The notes under the pieces were generated by a model. It had not been told where the DNA came from. It saw only the letters and a list, made by a program, of their open reading frames with translations, and ran no database searches. DNA of 63,742 bases, the filler included, from Phoronis australis (lineage: Eukaryota; Animalia; Phoronida), in assembly GCA_002633005.1 (NCBI GenBank). It is 13 parts of 13 records of this genome, joined end to end, with 100 filler letters (N's around TTAATTAATTAA, not from the genome) between each part and the next. Parts side by side here need not be neighbours in the genome. Positions count along the whole stretch, not along the records: positions 1 to 3,160 come from NMRA01003181.1; positions 3,261 to 8,729 come from NMRA01002331.1; positions 8,830 to 13,075 come from NMRA01002651.1; 10 more parts are not named here. The stretch is one strand, 5' to 3'. Positions within the stretch are counted from its first letter, which is position 1, and each line of letters begins with the position of its first letter. Position numbers and translations under genes: made by a program. Positions 1-12,782 of the stretch are shown here, one piece after another.

Positions 1-488
1 GAAGTTACACAATGTTCCTATTTTAGTGATGTCTCTCAATAAATGACACACGTTCAGTGTTTTAATGCGTGGAAATAAAGGAAACACTGTCTAAAGCTTC
101 ACAAGCAATTTTATTGAACAATGTTCCATGAGAGAACTAAAACTATTGGCTTCACGCAACCCCAATAGTCTACAATATGCTTTTAAAATTAGATGAGTCG
201 GGAAGATAAACACGGCCACTTCTGTTAGGATATTGTTAAATAAATATTTATAGTTTTCGGTTTGTTTGGTTTGAACAAGGCGTCGGAAGCGAAGAATTAT
301 TCCTAAATACTTTTGAACGAAGAGATTGCTCTTTGCAAGAATGGAACACAGACGTGCAAAATAATTTAAAATTGTGTACATATTCACTTTTCAAAACGAC
401 GTTTAACTTTGAAACATATTTTTCATTCAAGTTACCAGGCTGCTTTATCAGTTCCTTTGCATGACCTCGTTGTTCAAACCACAGACTG

Positions 489-860
489 ATGGTCGAAGTA
501 GGTCGACACTTATCAATCGATGAAGACCTCCGAATATCTTCTTTATGTACACAGAACCTTGGTTATAATTTTATTGAGGATGAATATCACTTTATTTATA
601 AATGTCCATTTTATGTTGATCTGAGAATTAGAATGTTACCGAGAATATATTGGACCAATCCGACTAATCGTGGATTTCTACGATTAATGAAAACTTCTGA
701 TCCCAGTGTGCTTAAAAATGTAATCAAATATGTATATCATGCTTCTGTTTTAAGACAAAAACTACTTGACGATTGAAACTACTTTATTTATTGTATTTTA
801 TCGTCGTGCTTGATATGTAAGTACCGTGACTAATGGCCTTGAGTATGAATAAACATTCAA
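489..860 (+). mobile_element. Non-LTR retrotransposon (LINE) ORF2 C-terminal remnant with 3' tail
   Basis: ORF 489-776 contains IEDEYHFIYKCPFYVDLR, the ED-E-x-H-F-x-x-x-C-P-x-Y motif at the end of invertebrate LINE reverse transcriptase ORFs. AATAAA follows near 848. Confidence 0.7.
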
Positions 861-1348
861 TAGAGTGAATTCACAATTTTAACCCTGTCTTACACAAACT
901 CAAATGATCCGTAAAGCAATATTATTACAATAAATAAGAATTATAAGATATTCATTATTAATGGTCATTTTCCAACACAGCGGTGACATGATGAAATTTA
1001 CCATGTCGCTAGATGGAGTTAGGGTAGTTGGCAGACAGCCTTTTGCATTCTTGTATGTACTTATGCAGTGGGGCATTTCACGGTTTTTACAAATTCTATG
1101 CAACCATCAAATTGCCACAGTGACTGTTAACCAGTGGTGTTTTCAAACAATACAGCCAAAAATGTCCAACACCTTAAAATGTCCGTGAATGAAAGTAATT
1201 GCACTTCGTCTCCTGTCAATTCAGTCCGTCTTGAACGCCTGATTTAGAAATTGATTCAAGTGAAGTATCCGCTTCCACAAAGCTAAAGACTTGTAAACAG
1301 AATGTTTCCTACTAATTAACAAATGACTTGATATACACTTCCACTCAC

Positions 1349-1498
1349 CAGCTGTAGAGTTGCCAGGAACAGCCTACACACAGTGAACTTTGCCCTGTTT
1401 TTCGCCACTTCCTGGAACGCTGTGACTTTGTTGGAGTCTCCAAGACAGTCCAACACCATGGTGCCGTACTTGTGGATGTCAAATGGTTCACGCTCGTC
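1349..1498 (-). CDS. NCAPH2: Condensin II kleisin subunit H2, C-terminal domain exon
   Basis: AG/GTGAGT-bounded 150-nt phase-0 exon encoding DEREPFDIHKYGTMVLDCLGDSNKVTAFQEVAKNRAKFTVCRLFLATLQL. It matches the NCAPH2 pattern PFDIHxYG...VCRxxLAxLQL and is in frame with the exon at 2827-2999. Confidence 0.9.
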
Positions 1499-2826
1499 CT
1501 GGATAATCACAGAATGTACAGTAGTTAATGTAATTATGTTGAAGATATTTCAGAATTCACCTCAAGATGAACATTGAAAAAATTGTGCAAGTGGACTTTT
1601 ACATGTTGCAGCAGACGTCCGCAGGCTGCTCATAAGGGTCAACTAGACCGAACATCCGAATCCATTATTAGTTTATTAATATACGCATAACACACATTGA
1701 CATGCAGACAAATTAAGACAAAGCGAAGGAGCTAGAGACCTGACTCATGGGTCTGGCAGTGGGATCCAGTAGGTATTTACAACCTTGAGAGCAGGATGCA
1801 AACACTCAAACCACTAGGCCACACTGCGACCTCCAGTGGGGGGGGGGCATTAGGTAGATGGCATTTTCGAGATTGAAAGTAAAAACCAAATGTATGCAAT
1901 GAAGAACTGGGAGTAGCAATACTTTACGTAACGTTTTATTGGAAAGTTCTAAGAAGTTTTCTCAATAGGTATCCATGCTCAGTGAAACCGGGGAAAAAAT
2001 CTAAGATGCCACCTTGCACATTTTCCTAGCTTTACTAACTTTAAAACATTTTGGTAAATGTCTGCTTGCCTACACTCACTGAAAGTATATTTGTCTGATG
2101 GAAAAACAGAAATTTCTAATAGGATATAACTGAGTCATTGCAGGCATGGAATCTTTACAAGATTGTGAATTGAAATCCCACAATGCAATAATATATCCTG
2201 CAAACTGATCTGGTATTTCCTAAACACTTGGAATAAGAAAACAAAAAATATCACAAAACGCGAGTGTGTCTGTGAACTTAAAGCACACAAGATTGAGGTG
2301 ACATGTACCCTTCATCAATAAACGCGAAAGTTATTACTGAGCGCTGGCTACAAATATATATATTTTAATGGAATCAGTGCGACATTTCATTTTTGACAAG
2401 GAAAAAACTCTGACACCAAGTCCGTACAAATAGAACCAAATTTGCCCTTTTTCATTTGACAAGTGCTTCTAACATTGCTGTGAATGCGCACTATTTTTAT
2501 GAGTACTGTCTGGTGGTACCTGTAGTACCATCTGGTGGTACCTGTAGTACCGCACTTGAGCATGGGAAAGCATTAATTTGGTGCTACGCATCTTTCTTTT
2601 GAAAAACAATGAGAAAATAATGTTTCACGTGTCAGCAATATTGTGTCCTAAATTGGTGACACTTTGTTGTAACTTAGCCTGTCTTGACCACAAACACGGA
2701 AATTTGCTTTTGCGTCCTCATTACACTGGGGAATAGCACGGTGGATGTTTGCTCCTAGTAAACCTTCGATACTCAACTTTTAACATTAAACCCGCCCCGA
2801 ACAATTCATGATGCTCATTGTCTTAC

Positions 2827-2999
2827 TTCTTCTGATAGAGTTGGAACTATTTTTTCTTCCCACTCTGATATCCGTCGTGATAGATCTGATATCTGTGCAT
2901 ATTCTTTGGACTGAGCCAGGAAACCTTCCACATGATGTCTGACAAGGTCCTCGTAAGATGACACCACCAGGTTACCGTCCGTAGGGTCCCCGTCAAGAG
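2827..2999 (-). CDS. NCAPH2: Condensin II kleisin subunit H2, upstream exon
   Basis: AG/GTAAG-bounded exon encoding LDGDPTDGNLVVSSYEDLVRHHVEGFLAQSKEYAQISDLSRRISEWEEKIVPTLSEE, matching NCAPH2 SYEELVRRxVE...LSxRIxxWE. Not in the supplied ORF track. Confidence 0.9.
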
Positions 3000-3160
3000 C
3001 TTGAAATCCAAAATATTAACAACTTAAAGTGAAACAATAGTTCTCAAAAATGATTACTTTTTTGAAACTCACCTATGTTAGAAATATCAAAAAACCTAGA
3101 AGAAAATCAGAAGATGAATATCACTTCATGATGTGAAAATCAGCTGGTCGAGAATTTTGA

Positions 3161-3260
3161 NNNNNNNNNNNNNNNNNNNNNNNNNNNNNNNNNNNNNNNN
3201 NNNNTTAATTAATTAANNNNNNNNNNNNNNNNNNNNNNNNNNNNNNNNNNNNNNNNNNNN
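3161..3260. other. Artificial scaffold-joining spacer (44 N + TTAATTAATTAA + 44 N), first of 12
   Basis: Identical 100-bp blocks also at 8730-8829, 13076-13175, 15855-15954, 17745-17844, 26376-26475, 43096-43195, 47177-47276, 50398-50497, 54183-54282, 58608-58707 and 62527-62626. The 12-mer gives stops in all six frames. Gaps at 26678-26761, 52967-52990 and 60084-60946 lack the 12-mer and look like ordinary scaffold gaps. Confidence 0.97.
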
Positions 3261-4046
3261 ATGTANCTTATTCTTTGCACGTGTCCCGCTTCCTGACCTT
3301 GGAATGGGAGGCTTTGACCCACTGCTTTGTGTGGAGTAACTATGTCAGGGGGGGGGGAGTACCCATCAACTTTACTGTCTAATTTTATGCTCATTGAAGA
3401 AATTGATTAAAATCTGTTCAGAAGTATTCTGTACCGAAACGTTATGCAATAGCACATGTCGCATAATGGGTTTTTGTTGAATTATAAAACTGAATTTTAA
3501 TACCAGCAACACCTGTTTCTGAACAATGTCCTTGCTTCAATACGCCCAACCTCAGATAGACTACTAAATATTTCTGAGACCCAACCAAGTTCTTGCAGCT
3601 TATCTCTGCTCTGATGACATGTGCAGCTGTGTACTGGTGCTGACTATACAAGCAGTCTGAAGATTGGGGAGTATGGAGGGACTGTCCAGCCATGATGTAG
3701 CTTGGAACACAGATGGACAGATAGCAATAGGTCGGCGAGGTTGGTTCTGTTTCACCTGACCATGTTGAGTTCCAGCTGCCTCTGTTATGTTTCTGAGCTC
3801 TTTGAAGCCTGACTTCCGTTGAGTTTGGACGTGTTCCTCTGATCAGCTGTCGTGATCTGTACCCTCCCTTCGGTGTTCTGTAGCATATCATAAGTGCAAG
3901 ACTATAAAACAACAACCTTTGATCTTGTGCTGATGTCTGTCTCTGCCTTTCACTCTAAGTAGCAAGTCATCCAGTCGTGTTGGGATTTAGCCACATAATT
4001 TTACTGAATTTGAATTCTATGCTGTTGCTGGTGTCAGTTGAATTCA

Positions 4047-4452
4047 GTCCCCTTTACACAGACTTGCCCTAGAACAACTTGCAATAGTGCAACTTGCCGC
4101 AGTTTAAGTGGAGTGTCTGCACACATTTTTCTGATAACTGGCACAAGGCAGAAGTTGTCGCTCAGTACATGACGATGAACAACTGATGCGGATATGGCGC
4201 TCAAAAGAAAATCCATCTGTATGTAATCGCAGATGAGAATTACTTTCACCTTGTCCCAGGTTTGCAGCCATGTAGTGATTAGAATGGCGCAAGTTACTCT
4301 AGAACAAGTTATCCTGCCTCGATAAGGTGGAGTAAGTTGTCACCAGTGAGGCAAGTTGCACTCCTTTATATAGCGTGCGGATAGCCCTCAAACTTAGGAA
4401 CAACTCGTTCCAGGAGTAACTTGTTCTGGGATAAGTCGGTGTGGTCGACGCA
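4047..4452. mobile_element. Non-autonomous DNA transposon (MITE-like); related partial copy at about 7920-8135
   Basis: Imperfect terminal inverted repeats (ACACAGACTTGCCCTAGAACAACTT versus AACTTGTTCTGGGATAAGTCGGTGTGG). About 200 bp of similar sequence recurs at 7920-8135. Ends are approximate. Confidence 0.55.
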
Positions 4453-7400
4453 TTTGAATATTTGTCTCTGAATCCAGTTTGGCACATGATAGACCTGTCC
4501 TGAAATAACACAGCACAACCCTCTCTTTAAGGTGTTGACCCACAATGCAACACTGGTGTCCAGCACTTATCCTGGTTCTTCCTATGGCATGATGTACTTA
4601 GTCACTATCTCATCTCAAAAATATTATGTAATTCATCCCTTTAATGCTGGCAAACTTGTGTAATTGCATTGTGAGTGGAAATAGGGGTAAATATCAGAGG
4701 TGGATTAATGTGCTTCCTTCTTCAACAACTCAGGAGATCCATACATTTGAAAAGTAGGTCAGTCATGCAGTGTATTTCCTGTCTCCGAAAGAGGAGACTT
4801 CGATCCAAAACTGACCCATTTGTAGCCTATCATTGCATGTGCTTTAAAAAGTAATTCTGTGCCCATGACTGATTCTTGCCAATTGGTTTTCATTGACATC
4901 CACATTTTATTAGGATCTCAAGTTATTGTTTGGTTGTGTGTGGAATAAATCTTCCTTCTCACATATTCAGCGAGAGCTCTCTTGCCATAAATCTAATTTC
5001 CATAAATCTAATTTCGCCAACTTTTGTTAGAAAAATCCTGTGTCAGGTTCTTGACGTCTCTATGGTGACCAAGTAAAAGTCAGTTTTTCTTGGCACTTTA
5101 TGTGTTTTGACATGGAAAGAAGGCTTGTTGTAGACAGTGTGAACTTTCATCTTGATAGCCTGAGTTGTTGATTTCTCACTATTTCTCATGAGAGTAATTG
5201 CCAAAGTTGAAAATTGCTTTTCTATTTTTCAAACTTTATGCTTTGAATATTGGAAACTTAATTGTGACATCTGCTATGTTTTTTACAACCTTTTGACTCG
5301 TTACTATATCGAGTTTGGATTTTGCTGTATCCACTTTGGATCACATGTTTTGAATTTGAATATTGTGCAGTAAATCAAAATCATGGAAAATAAGTTATTT
5401 ATAGCACGTTTTGAATGTTTAGCGCCTGTTATGTGTGGTGATTTTGAGACTTTTGTGGAAGGCCGTCCCACAGTATGAACACGGACTTTCGAACATTTCT
5501 TAAAAATTTCTGCCTAGTTTGAGTCTTCTATCTTGTGGAAGACTGACAACAAACTAAGATTTTTTGTCAATTTTGTTGCAAAATTGACAAATTGATATTT
5601 TTCTTGCCCACCATATTATAAATAGGTGCAGAAATACTCCACCTATAATGCTCAGTCATTCCTAATTTGCATCCATCATAGTCTGTAAGATTGGTAGGTA
5701 CACCCTACAGACCAAGGTTCAAGTTTTTCCGTTATCTCTTGAAGGCTGGACATTACTGTAGTCCCTTTTAGACATCAACTTTTGGCCCGGCGCAACTGAC
5801 ACGGGGCAAATTGACCCGTGTCAAGCAGCCGTTTACACACACAACTCACTAACTGTGCCAAGACGGAAATTAAAGGGTGCAGAGACTGGATCGCACGTAC
5901 GCAGGTTTACAAATGACGAGAGTTGCAGAGACAAAGAACCCGTACGTATGTCATTGCATAAGCGCAGTAGAGATGATCCTTTCCGCCTTGCTCCTGTTTC
6001 GCGTTTAGACTTCTAATTGACATGGCGCAAGATGTTCGAGCGTAAATTGCTCTACCTCACAAACGGGTGGCAAAAATTTGTCACACCGGAACAACTTGTT
6101 CCGCGTCAGCTGATGCGTGTCAACTTTGTAAGTGTAAACGGCACTTATGTTAATGTGGAACTTGCCCGCTGTCTCTGTGATTGCTTGGTCAAAGTAGTTA
6201 GAAACACAACATACAGCCACAATGTGAATATATAGTAGGTTGAAAATTGCCAAATGTTTTTAAGAACGATATTTGTGCTGAAAATGATCTGCCGTTATTC
6301 ACTCAACAGTGTCCAGTAAGTATTGTGAGGTGATGTTGGGGAATAACACTGCATGATGTGGACTAAGTGAGCCCCCAAGGTACATCATAAGGGCAAAGGT
6401 CACCTTCTTGCAATTTTTGTTTAGCGTAGATGATGTTCAAACAGCATTGTCATTTACTTCCTGCTGTATATTAGCTTAGTTAGGAGCACGCAAATTCATC
6501 ATTAAAGGTGTGTCTAACCAAATCTAGGTCAAGGTGTCTTGTTGGCTTAGGTATCGATTTGTTATGCTAATAAACGGTGCAGAGGAATTTCTTAAAAATA
6601 CATTGTGTGTTTTCAACAGCCTAATTATGTATTCTGTGGCACGGCAAGTTATGTAGCACGGCTCTCACTCCTCACAGGAAGGGTGGTTATACATTCCGAG
6701 AGTGAAGGGGAAAATCCCTCCACGGCCGCCACCTATTTCTCACATCTCTAGTAATCACCAAGGCACCACCCTGGTATTAACCTCAGTAGCCAAAACTCAT
6801 GTTTTGTGCTATGGCCTGACACATTACTTTGTAGAGCAGACTAGTCTGGCTGGCCATGTGACTTTTTCTGGAATTGGACTAACCTAAGTAGTGTGGGTGT
6901 CAGGTAGTGATCCTAATACTCCCATGGATGACATTCTTTGCTTCATGCTATATGATACCCCTGCAACTGTGATGAAACTAACCCAAATTCTACATTGAGG
7001 CTATGATCCCTGAAAAGGTTAGACAGTGACCACTACCTCTAGCTGGACTTATGGTGAAGCTGGTATAGTCGCTTCATATGCTGGAAGCTTTTTGATGAAT
7101 TTTGCCTCACATTGTTTAAAACATCAAAGCCACATTGTTATAAGTACCATTTGCGCATAGAGGGACACCTTCCATCTCTAACAAATACTCCCATAATCAA
7201 ACTTTTTCTTCGAGCAGTTCTGGTGCAGGCCAGTGTTAAAAATGGCCAGTTGCAGATTTGGGCAAGTGAACGAAGGACTGCTCTGTCTACTGGCAGAATA
7301 ATGTCTCATTGGATGTTATTTCATCTGCGACACTCTCAATACGTTTTGTGTATGTCTTTGATTTCACAGCGCAGTCTGTTGTGTCTTTGACTTCACAGTG

Positions 7401-8347
7401 CATTCTGCTAAGTCATTTGAGTTCCACTCAGGGCCCTCAATGCCTTGATTTTGGGGTTGAGGATGGTGTCAGTTACCTTCTGGAAAATTATTGCGACCAA
7501 CTACAAAGCGACAAAAGTTTGACAAATTTTGTTATCAGTTACAGCTATGATAATGCAGAACATACTTAGATAAAGAACTTGAGCAATTTCTCTTGCATTA
7601 GTTGAAGACCAGGCTGTAATGGATGGTAGTTACTGGAAGTTGTTGTGTTTGAAACTGTCCCATTAGAAGCTCTAATTGGTCTATTTACTACATGTGCCAT
7701 TAAAATGTACTCATGTTCTAATGGCTTGTAGTGGCCATGTTTGGTTTGAATGGTGCTTAGCCATTGTGTAAACAGTGTTTCCTGTCAAGCCACTTCTCTG
7801 GTGTGCTGAGTAAATAACATAAATGTTGCACTTCTCAGTCTCACTGTTCCAGTGGTAGATATGGTCTTCACAAGGGCGGTACACACTCTTTAGTTACCTT
7901 AGAACAAGTTCGTCCTAAGTCCCGTCCACATACAGACATAAGCTAGGACAACTTGCACTAGTGCAACTTGCCCCAGTTTAAGTGGAGCGTCCACACAGAC
8001 ATATCCGATAATCAGCGCAAGGCAGAAGTTGCTCCTCTGCACGACAATGAGCAGCTGATGTGAATACGACGCGCAAAAAAGACCTGTCTGTACGTTTTGT
8101 AGCTGATAATTAATTCACCTTGCCCCAGGTTTGCTATAGTGTGGGTGCTGTATGCACTGGGGTACCTTGACCCATGGGTGACAACTCACCTCCACCTTAT
8201 TATGGTAGATATCTTCAAAAATGCAAAGAATTTTATTGAGCTAGCCTTTCATATAGGATAATCGTTTCTTCAAACCTATTTTAGACTCTGTATTTTTGAA
8301 ATCCTGGATTAAACCCTGTGTAGTATTATGATCATGTATGTAAGCAG

Positions 8348-8451
8348 TCACGGATATACAGTGGGATACAGATGTGGGTCAGGAATCACGTTCAAATGGA
8401 TGGCTGGCTTTACGCCTGTCATGTTTGATATACAGTTGGCATTATTACATC
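8348..8451 (-). CDS. Candidate terminal coding exon of an unidentified gene
   Basis: Strong acceptor (ttttctttcttgccag) followed by a phase-1 open frame xCNNANCISNMTGVKPAIHLNVIPDPHLYPTVYP-stop. No family recognised. Confidence 0.35.
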
Positions 8452-9036
8452 CTGGCAAGAAAGAAAATGTTGTAAATCTGACTAACCCCAAATTATTTTT
8501 GCATAAAATCTAGTGCATTCTTAGTAAATTTTATTATAAAGTTTTATTATAAAATAATATGTCGTGTGCCTGTTGTTGTTCTTGTTCTTCTTCTTGTTGT
8601 TGTTGTTCTTACATGACTGAGCATAGTATAACAACAACAAACTTGTGTCACATTTTCATTGTTATCCAATAAGAAAAGCTATAAATAACCTAGGTGAATA
8701 CTGGATTTACTTCTCAATGTGATAACATCNNNNNNNNNNNNNNNNNNNNNNNNNNNNNNNNNNNNNNNNNNNNTTAATTAATTAANNNNNNNNNNNNNNN
8801 NNNNNNNNNNNNNNNNNNNNNNNNNNNNNACACACACACAACAGTGGTTCCTTTAATTTCATTCACTAAAATTAGAATCAAATGGAAACGGAAAACTGAA
8901 AAGACTGTCCAATTCTCAGATAAAAACGTTTTTGTAATTGTATTCCAGGAAATTAATTTTGACAGTACGAAATTACTGATTTTTTTTGTAGAAAAGACTA
9001 GACTGAAAACCAAAATAATTTGAAAATAATGCTTAC

Positions 9037-9126
9037 AGAATTAGAGCACACATTAAGATCATGGTGCAGCAATGTGAATGAGTCGACACCTTCTTCACGA
9101 GTCATCATGTCAGACTCCCCTGTTGG
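9037..9126 (-). CDS. BLTP2: Bridge-like lipid transfer protein 2 (KIAA0100/hobbit), third visible exon
   Basis: 90-nt phase-0 exon between ttccag and GTAAGC, encoding PTGESDMMTREEGVDSFTLLHHDLNVCSNS, matching BLTP2 VDTFTLIHHELEISTN. Confidence 0.85.
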
Positions 9127-10017
9127 CTGGAAACAAATGAGGCCCACAGTATTGACAACATGGACTGTACACAGTTCAATAGTTTGCTACTTTCTGTAGT
9201 TCGCCCTCTTCAACTGGCTAAAAACAAACTACGAATCAGGCAGTTTAATCTCTTAAAGCAAGTCTTGTAATATTCCTTGTGATAGAATTTTAATTCCATT
9301 ACAAACTCAGGTCACAGGCGATGTATACATGCACCATTTTTGAGTTTGAAATCGGGGTTGCAAAACCCCAATAAATTTTGAAGCATTTTCTTAATATGGT
9401 TTTGATGTTCTCGTTGGTAATGGAAGTAGAATCGTGATACCATAAGGAAAATCATGAGACAGATTTTAGGAAAGTGCACGACCTTATTTGATTTTCATTT
9501 TGTATTCAGCTAAACAGGATTGAATGCAGTGTTGGGAAGTAGGACCGGCTACAAAAAACGAACAGTGCTTGTCTGCTTCTGACTAGTCTCACTTCTGAAG
9601 GACATTAGTTTTACTGAGCCATCACAATGAATATAGATTAAAGAAAACTACCTCAAAATTACTACAGAAAATTACCAGGGACCACCCCATAAATGATCAT
9701 AGTACATTCAACAAATCCACAAGTACACCTACCATAAAAAAGAAATCTTGCACCAGTGCTTTTGAGTTTTCTTTAGCTGTGCAAATTTTATGCGACAGAG
9801 TGTCAACCATTCCTTGTACTCTAACACAACCCTAATATGTTATTAGCCATACCCTCTCTTAGCAAAACTGACCTTGAAAATTTGACCAGCAATAATTCTT
9901 CACACGCTTCGCACAAAAATAATTGCAAAAATGGTCATTTTTTCAAAGGTTGATAATCTTTTTACAAATGATGGGAATTTTAGCAAATGTTACTTTATGA
10001 CATCCAAACAAAACAAT

Positions 10018-11912
10018 CCATGCTTGTAGTAAACTGAGTGCTCCTAGTCATTACTTTTGAGGAGAAATTTAACCAAATAAAATTTCATTTGTCAGCCATA
10101 TTGCGTGCTAAATAAGTGACGAAGTAATGTACTATTCAATCATTGCAGTCAATGATTATTGTGAAGTCTACTTGAGTTTTTTTACTCGGTCAATATACAG
10201 CAAAAATTCTCCAGTTTGGGACAGTGAAAAATTAATTACTTTTCTTGAGGTCAGAACTTATAACAAATGTTAGAAATGGCCAATATTAGCTGTCCCAAAT
10301 TCATAAATTACAATCAATAACAAGGCAGCAATCATTCAGCCTGTGTTGGAAGCTATTTTTGACGTTTATTTGAAGTGCAAGTCTTACTTTCACACTCTGT
10401 TGACACAAAAATGCAATGTCAGAAATATGATGAACGCCAACATCAACCATGTCCCAATCTTCAGAATTAAGAAAATTCGAACTTTGCTCAAATTTCCATG
10501 CCCCAAATTTTAGAGACTGTCCCAAGCTAGAGAATTTTTACCCCAGCAATGGGGCAAGGTGGACCGACTTGTCATTTTGAAGAGGAAGTCAGTGGTTACA
10601 GAAGTGTGTTAAATGTCACAAAAACGCAGCCTCGATTTGGGACAAAGAAAATTGCTAAATAGTGAAATTTTCAATCGTTGAGAAAACTAAAATTTTACCC
10701 AAAANCCATGCTTGTAGTAAACTGAGTGCTCCTAGTCATTACTTTTGAGGAGAAATTTAACCAAATAAAATTTCATTTTTCAGCCATATTGCATGCTAAA
10801 TAAGTGAAGAAGTAATGTACTATTCAATCATTGCAGACAATGATTATTGTGAAGTCTACTAGTTTTTTTACTCAATATACGGCAAAAATTCTTTAATTAC
10901 TTTTCTTGAGGTCAGAATTTATACCAAATGTTAGAAACAGCCAATAGTAGCTGTCCTAAATTCATAAATTACAATCAATTACAAGGCAGCGATCATTCAG
11001 GCTGTGTTGACAGCTATTTTTGATGATTATATGAAGTGCAAGTCTTACTTTCACACTCTGTTGACACAAAAATGCAATGTCAGAAACATGATGAATGCCA
11101 ACATCAACCATGTCCCAATCTTTAGAATTAAGAAAATTCGAACTTTGCTCAAATTTCCATGCCCCAAATTTTAGAGACTGTCCCAAGCTAGAGAATTTTT
11201 ACCCCAGCAATGGGGCAAGGTGGGCATTTTGAGGAGGAAGTCAGTGGTTACAGAAGTGTGTTAAATGTCACAAAAACGCAGCCTCCAACAAATATTTATA
11301 ACGAGTAGAGGTAAAAAATTCTCGATTTGGGACAAAGATAATTGCTAAATAGTGAAATTTTCCATCGCTGACAGGGCTTGGAATTTTCCGCGGAAACGCG
11401 GATTTCCGCTTTTTTCAAATGTGCTTTCCGCTTTTTTTATAATATTTCCGCGTAAAAAAATCGGATTTGATATAAAATTTCCGCGGCAAATTCCTTTCTT
11501 ACCGCGGCGTTGCAGACGACGTTCACCTCGAAAAGCGGAAGTTGCTCTTTATGTTCGGAGGAACGTAAATTGTCAACATTGCCGGGGCATCTGGGATAGC
11601 GTGGTGTGATTTTCTATGGCGTCTCGTGCTATTGTTAAGCGCGGCGACAAATACTGCCGCTCTGCAGCCAAAAATGTGTGGGTTGGGAGTAGACGGGCGA
11701 GCTAAAAGGACGCAGACGCATGCTACTGATGGTGGTAACGTTTTTTTTTTTTTTAGTCCTCGCGATTTTTGTCGGGGAAAGGTTCACATTGACCAGTTCT
11801 AGGGTGGTTATCGGGCGTTGATTTGGGCCGTAAAAGTTTCAAAGTTTCCGCGTTTTTTGTCATTGGTCATTCCAAGCCCTGATCGCTGAGAAAACTAAAA
11901 TTTTACCCAAAA
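10018..11912. repeat. About 690-bp tandem duplicate in a BLTP2 intron (10018-10704 and 10706-11912), joined by a single N
   Basis: Both copies start CCATGCTTGTAGTAAACTGAG and end GAAAACTAAAATTTTACCCAAAA. They differ by SNPs, small indels and a 510-bp insertion in copy 2. Confidence 0.9.
11372..11881. mobile_element. hAT-type MITE, 510 bp, 13-bp TIR CAGGGCTTGGAAT, 8-bp TSD ATCGCTGA
   Basis: Perfect TIRs at both ends. TSD at 11364-11371 and 11882-11889. Empty site ATCGTTGA at 10674-10681 in the other duplicate copy. Confidence 0.93.
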
Positions 11913-12066
11913 ATGTTGATAGCTTTGCCATATTAACAGTGATTACAACAAAAAAGTAAATCAAATAGTTATCCATGAGAAATTCGACAAAATATCTGCC
12001 ACATTTGGTTCTCAACAAAAGATTTTCTATGGTATAGTTTTCAGTTGTGTAACATGTATTACTTAC

Positions 12067-12183
12067 CAATAGAGGTAGCTCCACCACAGACTCGGCGTCG
12101 ATGTCACCGTAACTAGCGTAAAATAACTGACACTTGCAGCGAGAGATAATCCTCTGTAGTTGAATAGTAGGTTTGTCTGTCTC
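12067..12183 (-). CDS. BLTP2: BLTP2, second visible exon
   Basis: 117-nt phase-0 exon between cgcag and GTAAGT, encoding ETDKPTIQLQRIISRCKCQLFYASYGDIDAESVVELPLL, matching BLTP2 QRIISRCNCRMYYISY. Confidence 0.9.
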
Positions 12184-12608
12184 CTGCGAGCAGACGTTAC
12201 AATGCAAGAGCAGACGTTACAGTGCAAGAACAGACAAATATTTGGACAAGAAAGTCTGAAGAATCATTTTCCAAAAAACCTCCAAGCTTGCTATTACCTT
12301 TCACAAAGCCAAATGTTAAAGGTCAATATTCAAGTTGCGATAGCTTCAACAAAGGACGTGAGCTGAATTAATAGGACACTGCATCAACAATTCGGGTAGT
12401 ATAAAAATTCAAGAAAATTTCAATTCAAAATTCCATTTATCTGCTGGCTGAAAAATGACAATTAAAACAAAGCCACTTTCATCTACAACATTCATAGGTC
12501 TAATAAGCCTATTTCTTGATTAACAGGACAAGTAATCAATAGCTGTATGTATTCCTGCAACACACAAAATTTGGGCCCCTGAGCAGATGCCAATCACCTC
12601 TCACCTAC

Positions 12609-12782
12609 CTGTGTCCCTGCCCCCACCAAATTTGTGATGACGCCACCCACACTTTGTCCGCTCCCTACCATCTCTGGGATACCCCCAAAGTCTTCACCGG
12701 CGCGGTCAGCTATGTTGTCCACTGATAGCCACATGATGTCCTCGTCGGCCAAGACTGGAACCTTGTCCACAGTGGCATAATA
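12609..12782 (-). CDS. BLTP2: BLTP2, first visible exon
   Basis: 174-nt phase-0 exon between cttag and GTAGGT, encoding YYATVDKVPVLADEDIMWLSVDNIADRAGEDFGGIPEMVGSGQSVGGVITNLVGAGTQ, matching BLTP2 YYATV...ILWL...SGQAVGG. Confidence 0.88.

Noticed and set aside
1-1348. Final NCAPH2 exon
   Set aside because: I found no acceptor followed by the expected AN-x-x-x-V continuation; it probably lies outside the window.
3205-3216. Recurring TTAATTAATTAA as a biological motif
   Set aside because: It is always centred in exactly 44 + 44 N, so it is an artificial joiner.
3442-3915. 157-aa minus-strand ORF, and an NHL-like plus-strand snippet (HDVAWNTDGQIAIG)
   Set aside because: The ORF has no recognisable motif. 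The snippet is short and bounded by stops.
10301-11186. Twin 74-aa ORFs as a duplicated small gene
   Set aside because: They arise from the duplicated intronic segment and have no ATG start, splice context or recognisable motif.
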